From Octopus vulgaris (lineage: Eukaryota), in the NCBI GenBank assembly GCA_951406725.2, contig CATOCA020000009.1:1-64000 (forward strand): 64,000 bases of DNA. The letters run 5' to 3'. Shown here piece after piece: positions 29,851 through 41,802 of this stretch. Below the pieces are notes generated by a model. The model was not told the DNA's origin. It saw only the letters and a program-made list of their open reading frames with translations, and ran no database searches. A program made the position numbers and the translations under genes. Within the stretch, counting starts at the first letter, position 1; each line of letters begins with the position of its first letter.

Positions 29851-31795
29851 TATCATGGCATATATATACGTTGCCATACTCAGTGCCCCGATCCATCATT
29901 CAGTGAGATATCCAAGTGCTAGATTTCTTCTATTGAATATCTTTAGAGCAGAACAAAAAAGATTTCTTTGATATTTGACAAAACTGCAAACATCATTTTT
30001 GCAAAATCAATAACGTTTCTTAATTTTTTAAATTTTATTTATAGCATTTATGTTACACTTTGTTTAGGGATAAACATTTATGGTATTCAAATCAAAATTA
30101 AAAGTAATTTTTTGTTTTTCGGATTTTAAGATTTTTCTTTGAAGTTCTTTAAAGTTTTAATGTAAAATACGATAATTCCACAGAAATATTTCTTTATTTA
30201 ACAAATTATAACCTAGATTATTGCTTAAAATACTGTATTTATATGGAATCTATAAAAATATATCAAATATATAGTCTTTTCAAATTTAATATGATGTTTC
30301 AGTCATATAATGTCATGCTATAATTTATAGAAGTCGAAATTTTACAACATTAAAATTAAGTTTATCAAATCGCATAACCAAGTTGTTAAAGACTTTCTAG
30401 CCATGGCCTTCTCATATGTATCCATTATCTAATATGTTTAATTCACGCAGTTATTTGGAGACACCATCGTTGGTTTGTAATAAAGTTTGTTATAATTCCA
30501 GACAATGTTCAATAATTCTCTGACAAATAATATCCGAGATAGAGAGAAAACATATTTCGTGCATTCCACATTAAAATGTTGATGTAGGATAAAAGTGTGG
30601 TGAGAGAAAAATATATATCTTGTCATGAAATTGTTTGATATTTAAACAGTTCTTGTTTATTTCAACATATATATACAAATTATATTTCCAGAACAATTAC
30701 ATTTATATTCAAAGTTTAATATAAAAATGAAAATCCGTTTTAAAATTTCGTTGATTGAAAGTAGGAAGATGTCGTCGCAATGTCGGACACAATAACTTGT
30801 AGCATTTATTCTCTCTGTACGATCTGAGATCAAATCCTGGTGAGGCCAACAATGCTTTCTTTTATCTTTCAGGGTCTTGATAAATAGAATAATAATCTAA
30901 GGGGGTGAACTTATGGAATATCTAGACATTGGCCAAGATGCCTCTCAGCATTTAATCTTTGTTTCATTGGTGTTCTGAGTTCAAATCCCGCTGTGGCCTA
31001 CCCGTGTAGTAAACTTAACCTAACCCTTATTCTAACACTACCACTTGGCCCATGGGGGTCACTTTAGCAGAGGATTTCTCTGTGGTATGTATCCATGTTA
31101 GGTATTTTGTATTGAGGCTATCATTCAGAGACACTGAGGAAAGAAGTTGGTTCACAGGCAGGACCCTTCTCACCCTCTCTAAGTGTATAAAATAATGAAG
31201 TTTAGGAAGAAGAACCGATTAATTTTACTGACATAAAATAGATTTACAAACTTTAAATTTCACTTTATTAATAGAAATCCTCTGTAAACTACCAAAAATA
31301 ATGTATTATCAGATGAACATTTTCATTCCTTTAGTTTCCCTTAAAGAGTTTTTACATAGTGATAACCAAACTATGTTTTAGATTTCGGAAATGTAAATAA
31401 AAAAGTTTTACTTGTGACACTGTAAAATGTTTTCCCACTTTTTAGTCGATAAAACACAAAACTAATTCCAATATAAAAGTATATTTATGTTTGAATTAGT
31501 TATAATGAATGTTTTTACAAGGTAAATGTGTTAGGAAATTGTATGTTAATTATAAGAAACATGACAGTAATATTTACCAGAGTTATAATCAGGTTTCAAT
31601 TTCAGTCTGAAGTTCTTCTGTCTCAGGAGAGAGTCCCGTCTTTGCAAATCCAGTTCTAAAAAAGGCAAAAGCTTCTGTGAAGTTTATTATATACTATACA
31701 CAGGTGGCGATTATGTCCTCATGTATGTGGTTCTATGTTTTAGTGTGTGTACGTGTGTTTGTGTGTTTATGCTGCAGTATGTATATGTTGTAGTG

Positions 31796-31844
<49 letters not shown>

Positions 31845-32293
31845 GTCGTTTACATAAGGAAACTAATCTCACAAACTGAATGTTATATTTCGCTCCCCAC
31901 CCCCCAATTACACTTTCTCTCTTTCTCTCTCAGATGACGTCAACTCCATCGCCGTCACCTCCACCTCCACCTCTTAAATTGACCTCTTTCTCTACAAACA
32001 ACATTCAACGCTTCTCATGAATGCTTTTTGAGGCGTTTTGCTTCCTTCCAGACACACACACACACACATAAACACATACACACATATATATATACATAAT
32101 TGTAAATACATACGTAATGCATACATACAAACGTTCTTATATATACACATATCCATACACATAAAAACATATATAAACACACATACATATATACACAGAC
32201 ATCTTCAACGCAAAACGACTCCATCATTTTCGGAAGATTTATTTCTAAAGTCGACTTTTCTCTGTTAAACCTGTTTACACACAAAACCCTCAC

Positions 32294-32295
<2 letters not shown>

Positions 32296-32362
<67 letters not shown>

Positions 32363-32489
32363 ACGCACACACACACACGCACACATACGCACGCACACTC
32401 ATAGTTAATGTTTTGTCCTGTGCTGACCATGATGACTTCCTTGATGCAAAACCTTTGTGGTCAATAAAGAAATCATCATCATCATCATC

Positions 32490-32562
<73 letters not shown>
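32296..32562. repeat. (AC)n and (ATC)n microsatellites
   Basis: Directly visible. Confidence 0.9.
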
Positions 32563-32563
<1 letters not shown>

Positions 32564-32570
32564 TAAAATA

Positions 32571-32770
32571 AAGCAGCGAGCTGGCAGAGCGTTAGCACGC
32601 CGGGCGAAATTCTTAACGCTATTCCGTCCGTCTTTAAGTTCGGAGTTCAAATTCCGTCAAGATTGACATTGCTTTCGGGGTCGATAAATGATGTACCAGT
32701 TGCGTACTAGGGTCGATGTAATCGACTTGTCCGCTCCCGCCAAGTTTCAGGTATTGTGTCTATAGGACAA
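32571..32770 (+). mobile_element. tRNA-derived SINE (Meta-domain-like)
   Basis: gcgagctggcaga A-box-like, ggagttcaaattcc B-box, tttcggggtcgataaa..gtaccag core. Confidence 0.85.
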
Positions 32771-35089
32771 AGGAAGGAGAGGTGTGCAGCCTTTCAACAG
32801 TTCTTTCCTCGACTGTCAGGACGAGTGGTAGGACGCATAGCAGGGCAGACTTCGGTGTCCACCTGGTGGGCCTCCCGCGACACTCGGCGAGCGAGGCGGA
32901 GTGCTGCGAAAGGCCAATAACAGCCGCAGAAATACAGGAAGCGATAAACAGTTGCGCGAGAAGCAAATCGCCGGGTTTGGATGCCCTGCGTGCTTTATAT
33001 TTCGATGCCAGACTTGTTTTCGCGCCTCCTAGCAGACGTCTACCGCAAGTGGCAACAAAATGAGAGAATTCCCCACTTTTGTGAATCGATGGGCGTTGGC
33101 ACTACTGAGGAAGGACCCAAACAAGGAGAACGTTATAGAGAATTTCAGTTCCATCAGTCTGCTCAATTCAGAGCTGAAGATTTTGGCCAAGGTGTTAGCC
33201 AAAAGATCGGCGCTTTTCGTAGACAAGCTGATTGGTGAGGCGCAAATATGTACCATTCCAACCAGGACTATTCCCGACAACCTCTACCTGATGCACTTCA
33301 TCATAGAAAGGTTGGGTAACGAAACTGACATGGGCAGGGCTTTGATGAATTTAGATCAAGCTAAAGCCTTCGATAGGGTCAAGCATCAATATTTGGCAGC
33401 TGATCTCAAGGCGGCCGGTTTCGGTCCGATTTTCTGCGGTTGGATCGCTGCTTCGTATAGCGACATCTGCTCGATTGCTTGGGAGAATGGTCACCTAATA
33501 GAACCATTCATCGTCTTGCGCTCGGTCCGTCAAGGGTGACATATTTCCTCCCATTTGTATGTACTGACTCTTGAGCCACTACAGCGGAAGTTGGGGGCAT
33601 TGAGAGACAACCCGCGTAATCTAGGATATGGGAGAAGCGTGCCTGATTATCCTGATGATGTCGCGTGATAGTGTCGAGCCACAGGCACGCAAACCGGATA
33701 GGAAACACACTAAAAGCATATGAAGCAGAGACGGGAGCAAAAGTTAATGTGGAAAACTCAGTTGGCTTGCAACTCGGCACCTGGGGAGGCAAACCCATGC
33801 CGTTTAACAGCGTTGTGGGGCACTGGCAGATGGTCCGATGAAATTGCTCAAAGCCTGGTTCGGTGCAGACCTTATGTGGAGAACAATTGGGACGAAGTGA
33901 CAAACATGGTGGCCAATCGCACCCAGAAGTGGGCCGAGAGGAAACTATCCCTGAAAGGTCGAGCCGAGATGGCGAATGCGTACATCGCATCCGTCATCAA
34001 CTACCGCTTGACTGTCGTCCCTTGCCTCGTTTTCTGGCTGACCCAGCTACTGCACTTACAATTTCGCTTTCTGTGGAAGGGTGGCGTTCAACTGGTCAAG
34101 CGCGTCATCTGCTGTCAACGACCGCTGAACAGGGGCCTGGGCATGCCGTGGCTGCTGGTGCGAAGACATGTGCTCAGGCGACGGCTTCTCCAGTGTTACC
34201 TTGACGGTAAGCAGGTGTGGTCATTGTTTGTCAGTCACACCTCCACAGCTCGTCTCTTTGACTGAGCTGCAATCCCGGACCAGGCGTAGACATAGTAGGG
34301 TAGCATGCCACCTTGAGTACTGTCAAGCTCTCACAGCCCTTCACCAGGCGAGGTAAATTGCGAGGACCTTCTCGGGGAAATTCTGGGTTTTGACGGAGAT
34401 CAATTCACCGGTCTGTTCCGGAGGACTTTCGGGCCGGGGCCTATAGATAACATTCAGAAATCCCTCACCTAACAATGCCACCCATGGGGCGCTACCCGTT
34501 CCAGACAAACTTTACCTGCATGGAAGTGCCGTCAGCCAGGCCTGTCGAGGTGCGCGCATAGCGACGAAACTGTTCAGCATGCCCTCGTCCAGTGCCCGAG
34601 CATTGCTGACCTGTGGGTTTATGTCGAACACCTGTAGTCACGTGTAGGACGGGTTTGGCTATTAGCTGAATCCCTCGTGAAGATTGCCCCGCCGCCTTCA
34701 ATTGGTTGGGATGAACAGGCAACTTTCATGTGTATAGTGGCTGTAGCAAAAGAGGTAGTATGGTGGACTCGATTGAAAGAGCTAAAGTTGAACACTTTCC
34801 TCTTTGGCCAAGCCCTCATCAACTTTTTCAATTTTCACTTGAAAAGGAAAGTGAGGGTGGAGAGGGAAGTGTTGCCTTCTAGCAAGTTCATTGAAAGGTG
34901 GGTGAATATTGGAAGAATGGTCAGTGTGAAAGGACCTGTTCTGAGAATACACCTGCGAGTATTATATTGCTTAATTCTTTTTTTTTATATATTTCTCCAC
35001 GCAGAAAACCCTTTGCATCATCTTGTGTTGTCTTTTATGCTATCGCATGCCCTTTTATGTATATTTATATTAGCCCTTTTGTCCAACGA
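32771..35089 (+). mobile_element. 5'-truncated, frameshifted L1/Tx1-clade LINE ORF2 (RT and C-terminal region)
   Basis: Motifs KSPGLD, ISLLNSELKILAKVLAKR, NLDQAKAFDRV, SVRQG, LSLKGRA, GLGMP. Followed by a (TTA)n tract. Confidence 0.88.
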
Positions 35090-35499
35090 AATAATAATTA
35101 TCATTATTCTTATTATTCTTATTATCATTATTATTATTATTATTGTTATTGTTATTATCATTATTATTATTATTATTATTATTATTGTTATTATCATTAT
35201 TATTATTATTATTATTATGATTGTTATTCTCATCATTATTACTATTATTAGTATTATTGACAAATAAAAGAAGAGTGTCATATCATGTGAAATCGGTTCA
35301 ACGATATTTCGGTATCGAGCGTTGCCTTCCACAGGTTCAACAATTACATGTGAGTCTAATTCAGTTTTTGTTAAGACTTTATAGGATCGACGTAACTCAT
35401 CCAGAAGTTATACATAAATAATCAGAAGAGTTCCATATCTTCTATTTTATTATTATTATTATTATTGTTATTATCATTATTATTATTATTATTGTTATC

Positions 35500-35570
<71 letters not shown>

Positions 35571-35585
35571 CATTATTATTATTAT
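35090..35585. repeat. Two degenerate (TTA)n tracts (35090-35258, 35448-35585)
   Basis: Directly visible. Confidence 0.9.
35297..35340 (-). ncRNA. Damaged minimal hammerhead motif
   Basis: Minus strand: TTGAAC CTGTGGA A GGCA..TACC GAAA TA TC GTTGAA. A6 is mutated and stems I and II each carry one mismatch. Confidence 0.4.
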
Positions 35586-35817
35586 AAACACATCGGACGT
35601 GTTTTCGAACGCTCCAAATAAGTTCATTTTAAAATATTTATTTACACCAGGATTGGTGTCTTTTTGCAATGATTATTATATTCCAAGTTGTGAATAGAAG
35701 CACCAGGAACGTATTACTGGTTTTCTATGGTTGTGTAGCCTCCAGAAGAACTGTTTTCAACCCACCAAATACATTCGGTGGGCGTTAACATTTAATGGAA
35801 TCAATACAGCTCAAAAA

Positions 35818-36178
35818 GATGGCGGGGCGCGTCTTGAAAGAGTTGAAGAAAAGTAAAACAAATAGTCCTACCAATATGGAATTGGGTTAGCAAAAGCAAA
35901 ACAAATAGTCCTACCAATATGGAATTGGGTTAGCAAAAGCAAAACAAATAGTCCTACCAATATGGAATATGGTTAGCAAAAGCAAAACAAATAGTCCTAC
36001 CAATATGGAATTGGGTTAGCAAAAGCAAAACAAATAGTCCTACCAATATGGTAATAGATGAAGACTTCCCTCCCCTTCCCTCGGAAAGGGGAGGAGGAGA
36101 AGAAGAAAACTGTCAACGCACAGTAACAACAATAGTAGCAGAAACACTAACAGCGGCCGAAATGACAACAGCAGCAGT
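35818..36178 (+). mobile_element. Probable N-terminus of a non-LTR ORF1, disrupted by a 43-bp tandem repeat
   Basis: MAGRVLKELKKSKTNSPTNM...IDEDFPPLPSERG once the extra repeat copies are removed. DFPPLP is common in LINE ORF1 proteins. Confidence 0.45.
35855..36051 (+). repeat. 43-bp minisatellite, ~4.6 near-identical copies
   Basis: Unit aaaacaaatagtcctaccaatatggaattgggttagcaaaagc starts at 35855, 35898, 35941, 35984, 36027. Confidence 0.97.
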
Positions 36179-36340
36179 GGAGGCGCAATGGCCCAGTGGT
36201 TAGGGCAGCGGACTCGCGGTCGTAAGAACGCGGTTTCGATTCCTATTGTGAGTGTTTATTGAGCAAAAACACCTAAGCTCCACGAGGCTCCGGTGGGTGG
36301 TGGTGAACCCCGCTGTACTCTTTCTCTCACTCTTTCTTCC
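36179..36340 (+). mobile_element. tRNA-headed SINE fragment
   Basis: ggaggcgcaatggcccagtggttagggcagcggactcgc...ggtttcgattcc; homologous to 43727-43900. Confidence 0.8.
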
Positions 36341-36613
36341 TACATCTGCTACAAATCAGAGGAACCATGGTGTAACCCACCATGGTGTGGTAAAATCTCA
36401 GACCCTAGTCTAGATTGCGAACCCTCTGTACCCCAGGATGGTTCAGCTCTCCACCCGTTAAAAGCCACCGCTTACGGAATGAGGATAGCAATGTAGCTTT
36501 CGCGCCCGTGCAACCGTGTGGTGGGTGGATCTTCAACTTGCCACACGCATTCTTAGTAGCTTAGAGTAGGTTCGAATTGTGACTAATGGCGTGAGTCCTG
36601 ATTGGAAGAAGAC

Positions 36614-36735
36614 AACAGCAGCAGCAGCAGACGCAGCAGCAGCAGTAGTAGTGGTGGTGGTGTTGGTGGTGGTGGTGGTGGTGGTGGTGGTTGTGGTGTT
36701 AGTAGTAGTAGTAGTGGTAGTAGTAGTATTAGTAT

Positions 36736-36779
<44 letters not shown>

Positions 36780-37012
36780 ATATTGAGATCAGCAACATCT
36801 ACGACCGTGGCAATGACGATAACAACAACAATGGCAACAACAACAACGAGAATAAGTGACGACATCAACAACAACAACAAAGCAAATACCAACATCGATA
36901 AGAAGGGCAACAAGAACGGCAGCAGCATCAGTTACAACAACAAAAACAACAACGAAAACAATACAAACAAAAATATCAAAATACAGCTTCGCAGCAGCAG
37001 CAGCAGCAGCAG
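36614..37012. repeat. Compound trinucleotide tract (GCA)(GTG)(GTA)(AAC)(GCA)
   Basis: Directly visible. Confidence 0.9.
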
Positions 37013-37094
37013 CCGGGACCGAGCAGCGATCTGTGTTTTAAGTGTGATTCTGAGGCTGACACCATCGCACGTGCTATCGGTGTTCAGCCTGAGA

Positions 37095-37565
37095 ATTACA
37101 CTTAAAACACATTTTTTAAAGTTTGACAACAAACTGTATAGGCAGACGAAAGGCGGTGCTATTGGAGTAGGGATCGCTGGTGACGTTGCAAACCTCTTCA
37201 TGGTGGGACAAACATTTTAAACAGTGCCTAGCAAACCGTAACATCCACTTGGCTATGGACTCTCGTTACGTCGACGACATTAACCTTGACGTGAAATGTT
37301 ATAATACAGACAAAGTTATGGGCCCTCTACCAAGTGAAGAACAGGTGATGACATCTATACAACACATAGCTGACTCTATCCACAGCAGTATAAAAGTTAC
37401 TATAGACTACCCCTCTAAACACCTCAGTAAACGATTACCCGTCCTAGATACTGAGCTATGGATGGAAGATGCTATGGTTAATGGAACCATTAAACCCTGT
37501 ATACTCCACTCATCTATCAGAAACCGATGGCTAATCTACTAGTAATCCGTAGTGACTCAGCTATT
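37095..37565 (+). mobile_element. Penelope-like element reverse transcriptase fragment (frameshifted)
   Basis: FLKFDNKLYRQTKGGAIG..ANLFM, RYVDDI, SIKVT, LPVLD, YQKP: PLE-type RT motifs in the expected order. Confidence 0.85.
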
Positions 37566-37764
37566 ATATAATATAATATTATTTTTATCTTTTTTTTATA
37601 TTTTTTGTTATTTATGTATTGGTTTATGTCTATCAGTGTTTGCGTTGCCTGAGAGTGGTTTTATCTCTAATTTAATTTAAACATAATAAATGGGTAATAA
37701 TAATATTAATACCAGTGGCCTAGCACAAAACACGAATTAGTCATTACACTATATATTATTCATA

Positions 37765-37927
37765 TAGAAATACAATAAAAGGCTTCCAAATAGGAAAGCG
37801 TTGTGCTAGAAAGAGCAGTAGAAATCTCAAAAACCACAAAAACAGGATAAATTTGTGGTTTTTGTGCTTTCTACTGCTTTTTCTAGCACAACGCTTTCCC
37901 ATTTGGAAACCTCTTATTTTATTTCTA
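37765..37927. repeat. Long imperfect palindrome (~75-bp arms, ~12-nt loop)
   Basis: tagaaatacaataaaaggcttccaaataggaaagcgttgtgctagaaa... pairs with ...tttctagcacaacgctttcccatttggaaacctcttattttatttcta. Confidence 0.9.
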
Positions 37928-37971
37928 ATTTAATTCATATATTTATATATATATATAAATATATATAGTGT

Positions 37972-38199
37972 GGTTGTATACTGACAACTCAACCGTGACA
38001 GTCCCGTAAGGGAATTACACTACCGCTATTTAGCCCTAGGAAGCATCGACGCTTCCTGTCGACCTTGACACATTTCCTGTATCCTTATATATTTACGATC
38101 TGTCAAGGCCGACAGGAAGCGTCGATGCTTCCTAGGGCTAAACAGCGGTATTGTAATTCCCTTACGGGACTGTCACGGTTGAGTTGACAGTATACAACC
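37972..38199. repeat. Long inverted repeat (99-bp arms, 30-nt spacer) inside (TA)n
   Basis: 37972-38070 is the near-perfect reverse complement of 38101-38199. A diverged single arm lies at 42598-42720. Confidence 0.93.
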
Positions 38200-38288
38200 G
38201 GTCTATCGCTCCACCACCGCATATATTTCTATGAGATATTTAGAAATTTAATATTTCTTAAATATATATATACATATATATACAAGCA

Positions 38289-38347
<59 letters not shown>

Positions 38348-38732
38348 GTTATAAATATATATTTATATGTATGTGTGTGTATGCATACGCACACATATGT
38401 ATATATTTATACATATATAACGGCGCCCTGGCATGATTACAGCTGACACTAGTTAAAGAGCTGTTATACATATACACGTGTTATACATATACACACCTAT
38501 ACAATTAAATACACACATATACACACATGTATGTATATGTATTAATATGCATCCTTATCATGTTAGAACATTCACACAAACAAGAAACAAGATACAAAAG
38601 CAGAATGAAACTGTCCCAGCAACATTCCAATGAGAGGCTGGATTGGTTGGTAATGTTGATGTCCTACTTAAGGGAAATGTCTAGTTTCATAAACGAGGTC
38701 AACCGGATTATTGTTATCATTAGACTATTTTA

Positions 38733-39390
38733 AGGCAGACTCGTTAGTACTCCGGGCGAAACGCTCACCAGTATATCGCCCGTCACTACGTTCTGAGTTC
38801 AAATCCTACCGTGGTCGTCTTCGCTTTTCATCCGTTCGGGGGTCGATAAAATAAGTACCAGTGAAACACTGGGGGCGATGTAATCGACCAGTGCCCTGCC
38901 CACAAAGTTCCAGGCCTTGTGCCTATAACAGAAAGAATTAAATTCTTTTAGGGCAGAATCGTCCGCATGCTGGGCACAATGCTTAGCGACGTTTTCTCCG
39001 TATTTGTGCTCTGAGTTCAAATCCTATCCAGGTCGACTTTGCCTATTGAACTCATCCTTTTGAGTTGAACGCTGGGGTCGATGTAATCAACTTACCTCTT
39101 CCTCCTCCTCAATTACTGGCCTTGTACCAAAATTTGAAATCGATATTATTATATTCCTTTGGAGTCGCGTGGCTTAGTGGTTAGGGCGTTGGACTCATGA
39201 TCGTAAGATTGTGGTCTCAATTCCAGGTCCGTGAGTTGCGTTGTGTTTTCGAGCTAAGCACTTCAGTTCCCATTGCTCCGGACTCCAGTCCACTCAGCCA
39301 GCAAATGTGGGTCATCCTGTGACAGGCCGACGCTCCGTCCAGGGGTGGGGATATATGTATCATAAAAACCGGGAAACTGGGAAACCCTAT
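38733..39390 (+). mobile_element. Three tandem SINE copies (38733-38940, 38950-39145, 39161-39390)
   Basis: Repeated ctgagttcaaatcc B-box and ggggtcgat core. The third copy has a tRNA-like head ggagtcgcgtggcttagtggttagggcg. Confidence 0.8.
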
Positions 39391-39399
39391 TATATTCTT

Positions 39400-39830
39400 T
39401 ATTGCATTATGTGTTTCAACCCCAAATCTGTGGCCATGCTGGGGCTATGCCAGTGTCATCACCTTTGCAAAGGCCATTCTCACGTGATTGGTTTCATCTG
39501 GAGTCTGAAGGCCAAGGTGATTCTTAAAAACATCTACAGCCCCTTCATGTATATCTCTTAGGGGTTCTAGCAAGATCTTAAATGGCCGTGGTTTTTCGAA
39601 TCCCAAGCTGTTGCGGCGGCTGATCGCTACTCTAAACTGGATCAATGGGACCTTGGGAACAGCGCAGTGGTTTCCTGTTTGGGAGCTGGTACCAAGTGAG
39701 GTTGTGGAACCACTGGCAGGATATCCGAGGATGTATGTTTCCAAAGCGGTAGATGCAGTGGAGCAGGTCATATGCGCACAGCAGAAATTGAGTCCCTTAA
39801 ATGTTTGGCTGGCTCATTAGAAGGTGTTGA
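39400..39830 (-). mobile_element. Decayed LINE 3' end (CR1/L2-like)
   Basis: Peptide VPKVP...NSLGFEKPRPFKILLEPLRDIHEGAVDVFKNHL...PDE resembles the LINE ORF2 C-terminus (FN.LP..LR....FK..LD). Confidence 0.5.
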
Positions 39831-39852
39831 TCAGTTTTGCTACGAAAGAATT

Positions 39853-39968
39853 GTAAAATAAACGAAGCCCAGTATATACCCATGATGACTACCCGTCTGA
39901 TAAGGGTACACCAGGCACATGCATCACAACCATATGTGCGCGACATGGTTATCTCATATCAAGATAAA
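39853..39968 (-). repeat. Partial inverted copy of the 3' UTR at ~5965-6078
   Basis: Near-identical reverse complement, e.g. gactacccgtctgataagggtacaccaggcacatgcatcacaaccatatgtgcgcgacatgg. Confidence 0.9.
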
Positions 39969-40556
39969 GAGGAGGGAGAGGAGAAGGAGAAGGAGAAGGG
40001 GATGGGAGGAGGAGGAGTAGAAGAAGAAGGATGAGGTGAGGAAGGAAGAAGGAGGAGGAATGAGGAGGAGGAGGGGGATGAGGAGGAGAGGGTAGGAGAA
40101 GAAGTAGGACTGGATGAGGAGGAGGGGGGAAAAGGAGGAGGGGGATGAAGAGGAGAATATGAGGAAGAGGGAAGGAGGAGGAAGAGGAGAAGAAGGGAGG
40201 GGAGGGGAAGAAAAAGACGAAGAAGAAAGATGAGGTGGGGAAGGGAGGAGAAGGGGAGGAGATGGAGGAGGAGGAGGATGGGGAGGGGTCAGGAGGAGGA
40301 GAGGGGTGTATGAGAGGTAGGAGGGGATGAGGAGGAGGGGGAATGAGGAGAAGAGGGGGGAGGAGAAGTACGAGGGGGTGAGGAGGAGGGGAGGGGAAGA
40401 GGGGGAAAAGGTGAAGTAGGAGGGATAAGAAGGGGGAGGAGGAGAAGTAGGAACGGATGAGGAGGAGGGGAGGAGAAGAGGGGGAGGAGGAGGATGAGAA
40501 GAAGAAGAAGAAGAAGAAGAAGAAGAAGAAGAAGAAGAAGAAGAAGAAGAAGAAAG
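39969..40556 (+). repeat. ~590-bp polypurine low-complexity tract ending in (GAA)n
   Basis: Almost exclusively G/A on the + strand. Confidence 0.95.
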
Positions 40557-40559
40557 GTG

Positions 40560-40745
40560 AGAGAAAGGCGTTGAGTGCAGAGGAGAGGAGAAGATTGGAA
40601 AGGAATGAAGCGAGCATGTTTCATTGTTGCGGATGCAATGTAAGCATGCGCGAACGTCACAGTGCAAATGTACTGAGAGAGAGAGAGAGAGAGAGACAAG
40701 GAATAAGAGGAATTAGATGTTGTGTTCAAGAGAGGAGGCTGCGCT
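40560..40745 (+). mobile_element. RTE-clade LINE ORF C-terminal fragment
   Basis: ALSAEERRRLERNEASM..CNVSMRERHSANVLRE..GIRGIRCCVQERRLR matches the RTE pattern RL...EM.MLR...V...DR....LR...RRLRW. Confidence 0.7.
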
Positions 40746-40751
40746 CGAGCA

Positions 40752-40885
40752 TCCTTTTATCAATGAATCCATCATCAGCATCAATGGCTGCTTCAATAAA
40801 CATGGCTGCAAGCGTTGATATGCCCGAATCAGATGGTCTTTATCAATTGTGGTCCTAGTTCCTGTTATTGCGGCGTTGATTCCCC
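40752..40885 (-). mobile_element. Tc1/mariner transposase C-terminal scrap
   Basis: INAAIT...IDKDHLIRAYQRLQP then, after a frameshift, IEAAIDADDGFID. This resembles the R...VI.A.GG terminus. Confidence 0.6.
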
Positions 40886-40961
40886 TCTCTCTCTCTCCCT
40901 GTTTTTTCTCCTTCACGCACATACACACACACACACCCTACACACACATGCACATGCACAA

Positions 40962-41008
<47 letters not shown>

Positions 41009-41019
41009 CATATACATAT

Positions 41020-41191
41020 ATACGACGGGCCACTTTCACTTTCCGTCTACCAAATCCACTCACAAGGCTTTGGTCTTCTACAATAGCCGGAGGCTATACA
41101 AGAAGACGCTTGCCCAAGGTGCCACGCAGTTGGACTGAACCCGGTACCATATGGTTGGTAAGCAAGCTACTTACCACACACTCCTGCGCCT
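41020..41191 (-). mobile_element. SINE fragment
   Basis: Reverse complement begins aggcgcaggagtg..tggtaagtagcttgc (tRNA-like head), then ggttcagtcc and ggcaccttgggcaag. Confidence 0.7.
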
Positions 41192-41349
41192 ATGTATATG
41201 CATGTGTGATATATATTTCGTTTTGAGATTTGGTTTGCAAGATTCTTTATGTGAGTTCGTGTGTTGAAGCATATTCTGTTGTGTCTGAGGAGAGTCATTT
41301 TCTTTTAGTGCTTTATAATTTAACACACTCACATACACCCATATACATA

Positions 41350-41570
41350 CGTTTGTGTCCGTGTTTGTCGCCCCACAACCACTTGGCAGCTGCTGTTGGG
41401 TCGGTTACATCCCCGTATATTAGCATTTCATTAATAGAGTTATCTATAGAATAAGTTACTAGGCTTAAAAGATAACACTTGGGGATGATTTGTTCGACTA
41501 AATCCATTGAAGGCGGTACTCCCGTATGGCCGCAGTCAAATGACTGAAACAAGTAAAAGAATAAAAGAAT
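41350..41570 (+). mobile_element. SINE 3' portion with AAAAGAAT tail
   Basis: ataagttactaggctt..ggggatgatttgttcgactaa core, aaggcggtactcc..atggccgcagtc, tail aaaagaataaaagaata. Confidence 0.65.
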
Positions 41571-41752
41571 ATACATATATATATGTATATATATATATCT
41601 ATATCTATATATTACGGAGATGTACTCGCATAGCAAGTAATTTGATCTGAGATCGTGTGCTGAAACGAAAACAATTGCAGCGTGGAAGGTGTTTATAAGC
41701 CATTTAAGAAACACACAAAAGCCGTTCGATTCACTTCAACATTTAAGTTTAA

Positions 41753-41802
41753 TTTGTCAAAATATTTTCGTCGCTAAAATCCGCGACCTGTTCACTGACA
41801 AA
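41753..41802 (-). ncRNA. Minimal type-I hammerhead ribozyme motif with swapped G3-C8 pair
   Basis: Minus strand: TTTGTCA GTGAACA G GTCGC ggatttta GCGAC GAAA ATA TTT TGACAAA. Perfect 7-bp stem I, 5-bp stem II, palindromic AATATT stem III. Confidence 0.75.

Noticed and set aside
29880-30760. AT-rich unique-looking region as a hidden gene or DNA transposon
   Set aside because: Only short ORFs; no recognisable motif, TIR or splice pattern.
35855-36051. CRISPR-like repeat array
   Set aside because: Contiguous 43-bp units with identical intervening sequence, no unique spacers, no cas genes, eukaryotic context.
36179-36245. tRNA genes (also 39161-39230, 43727-43800)
   Set aside because: A/B boxes are present, but there is no complete cloverleaf and each continues into a shared SINE body.
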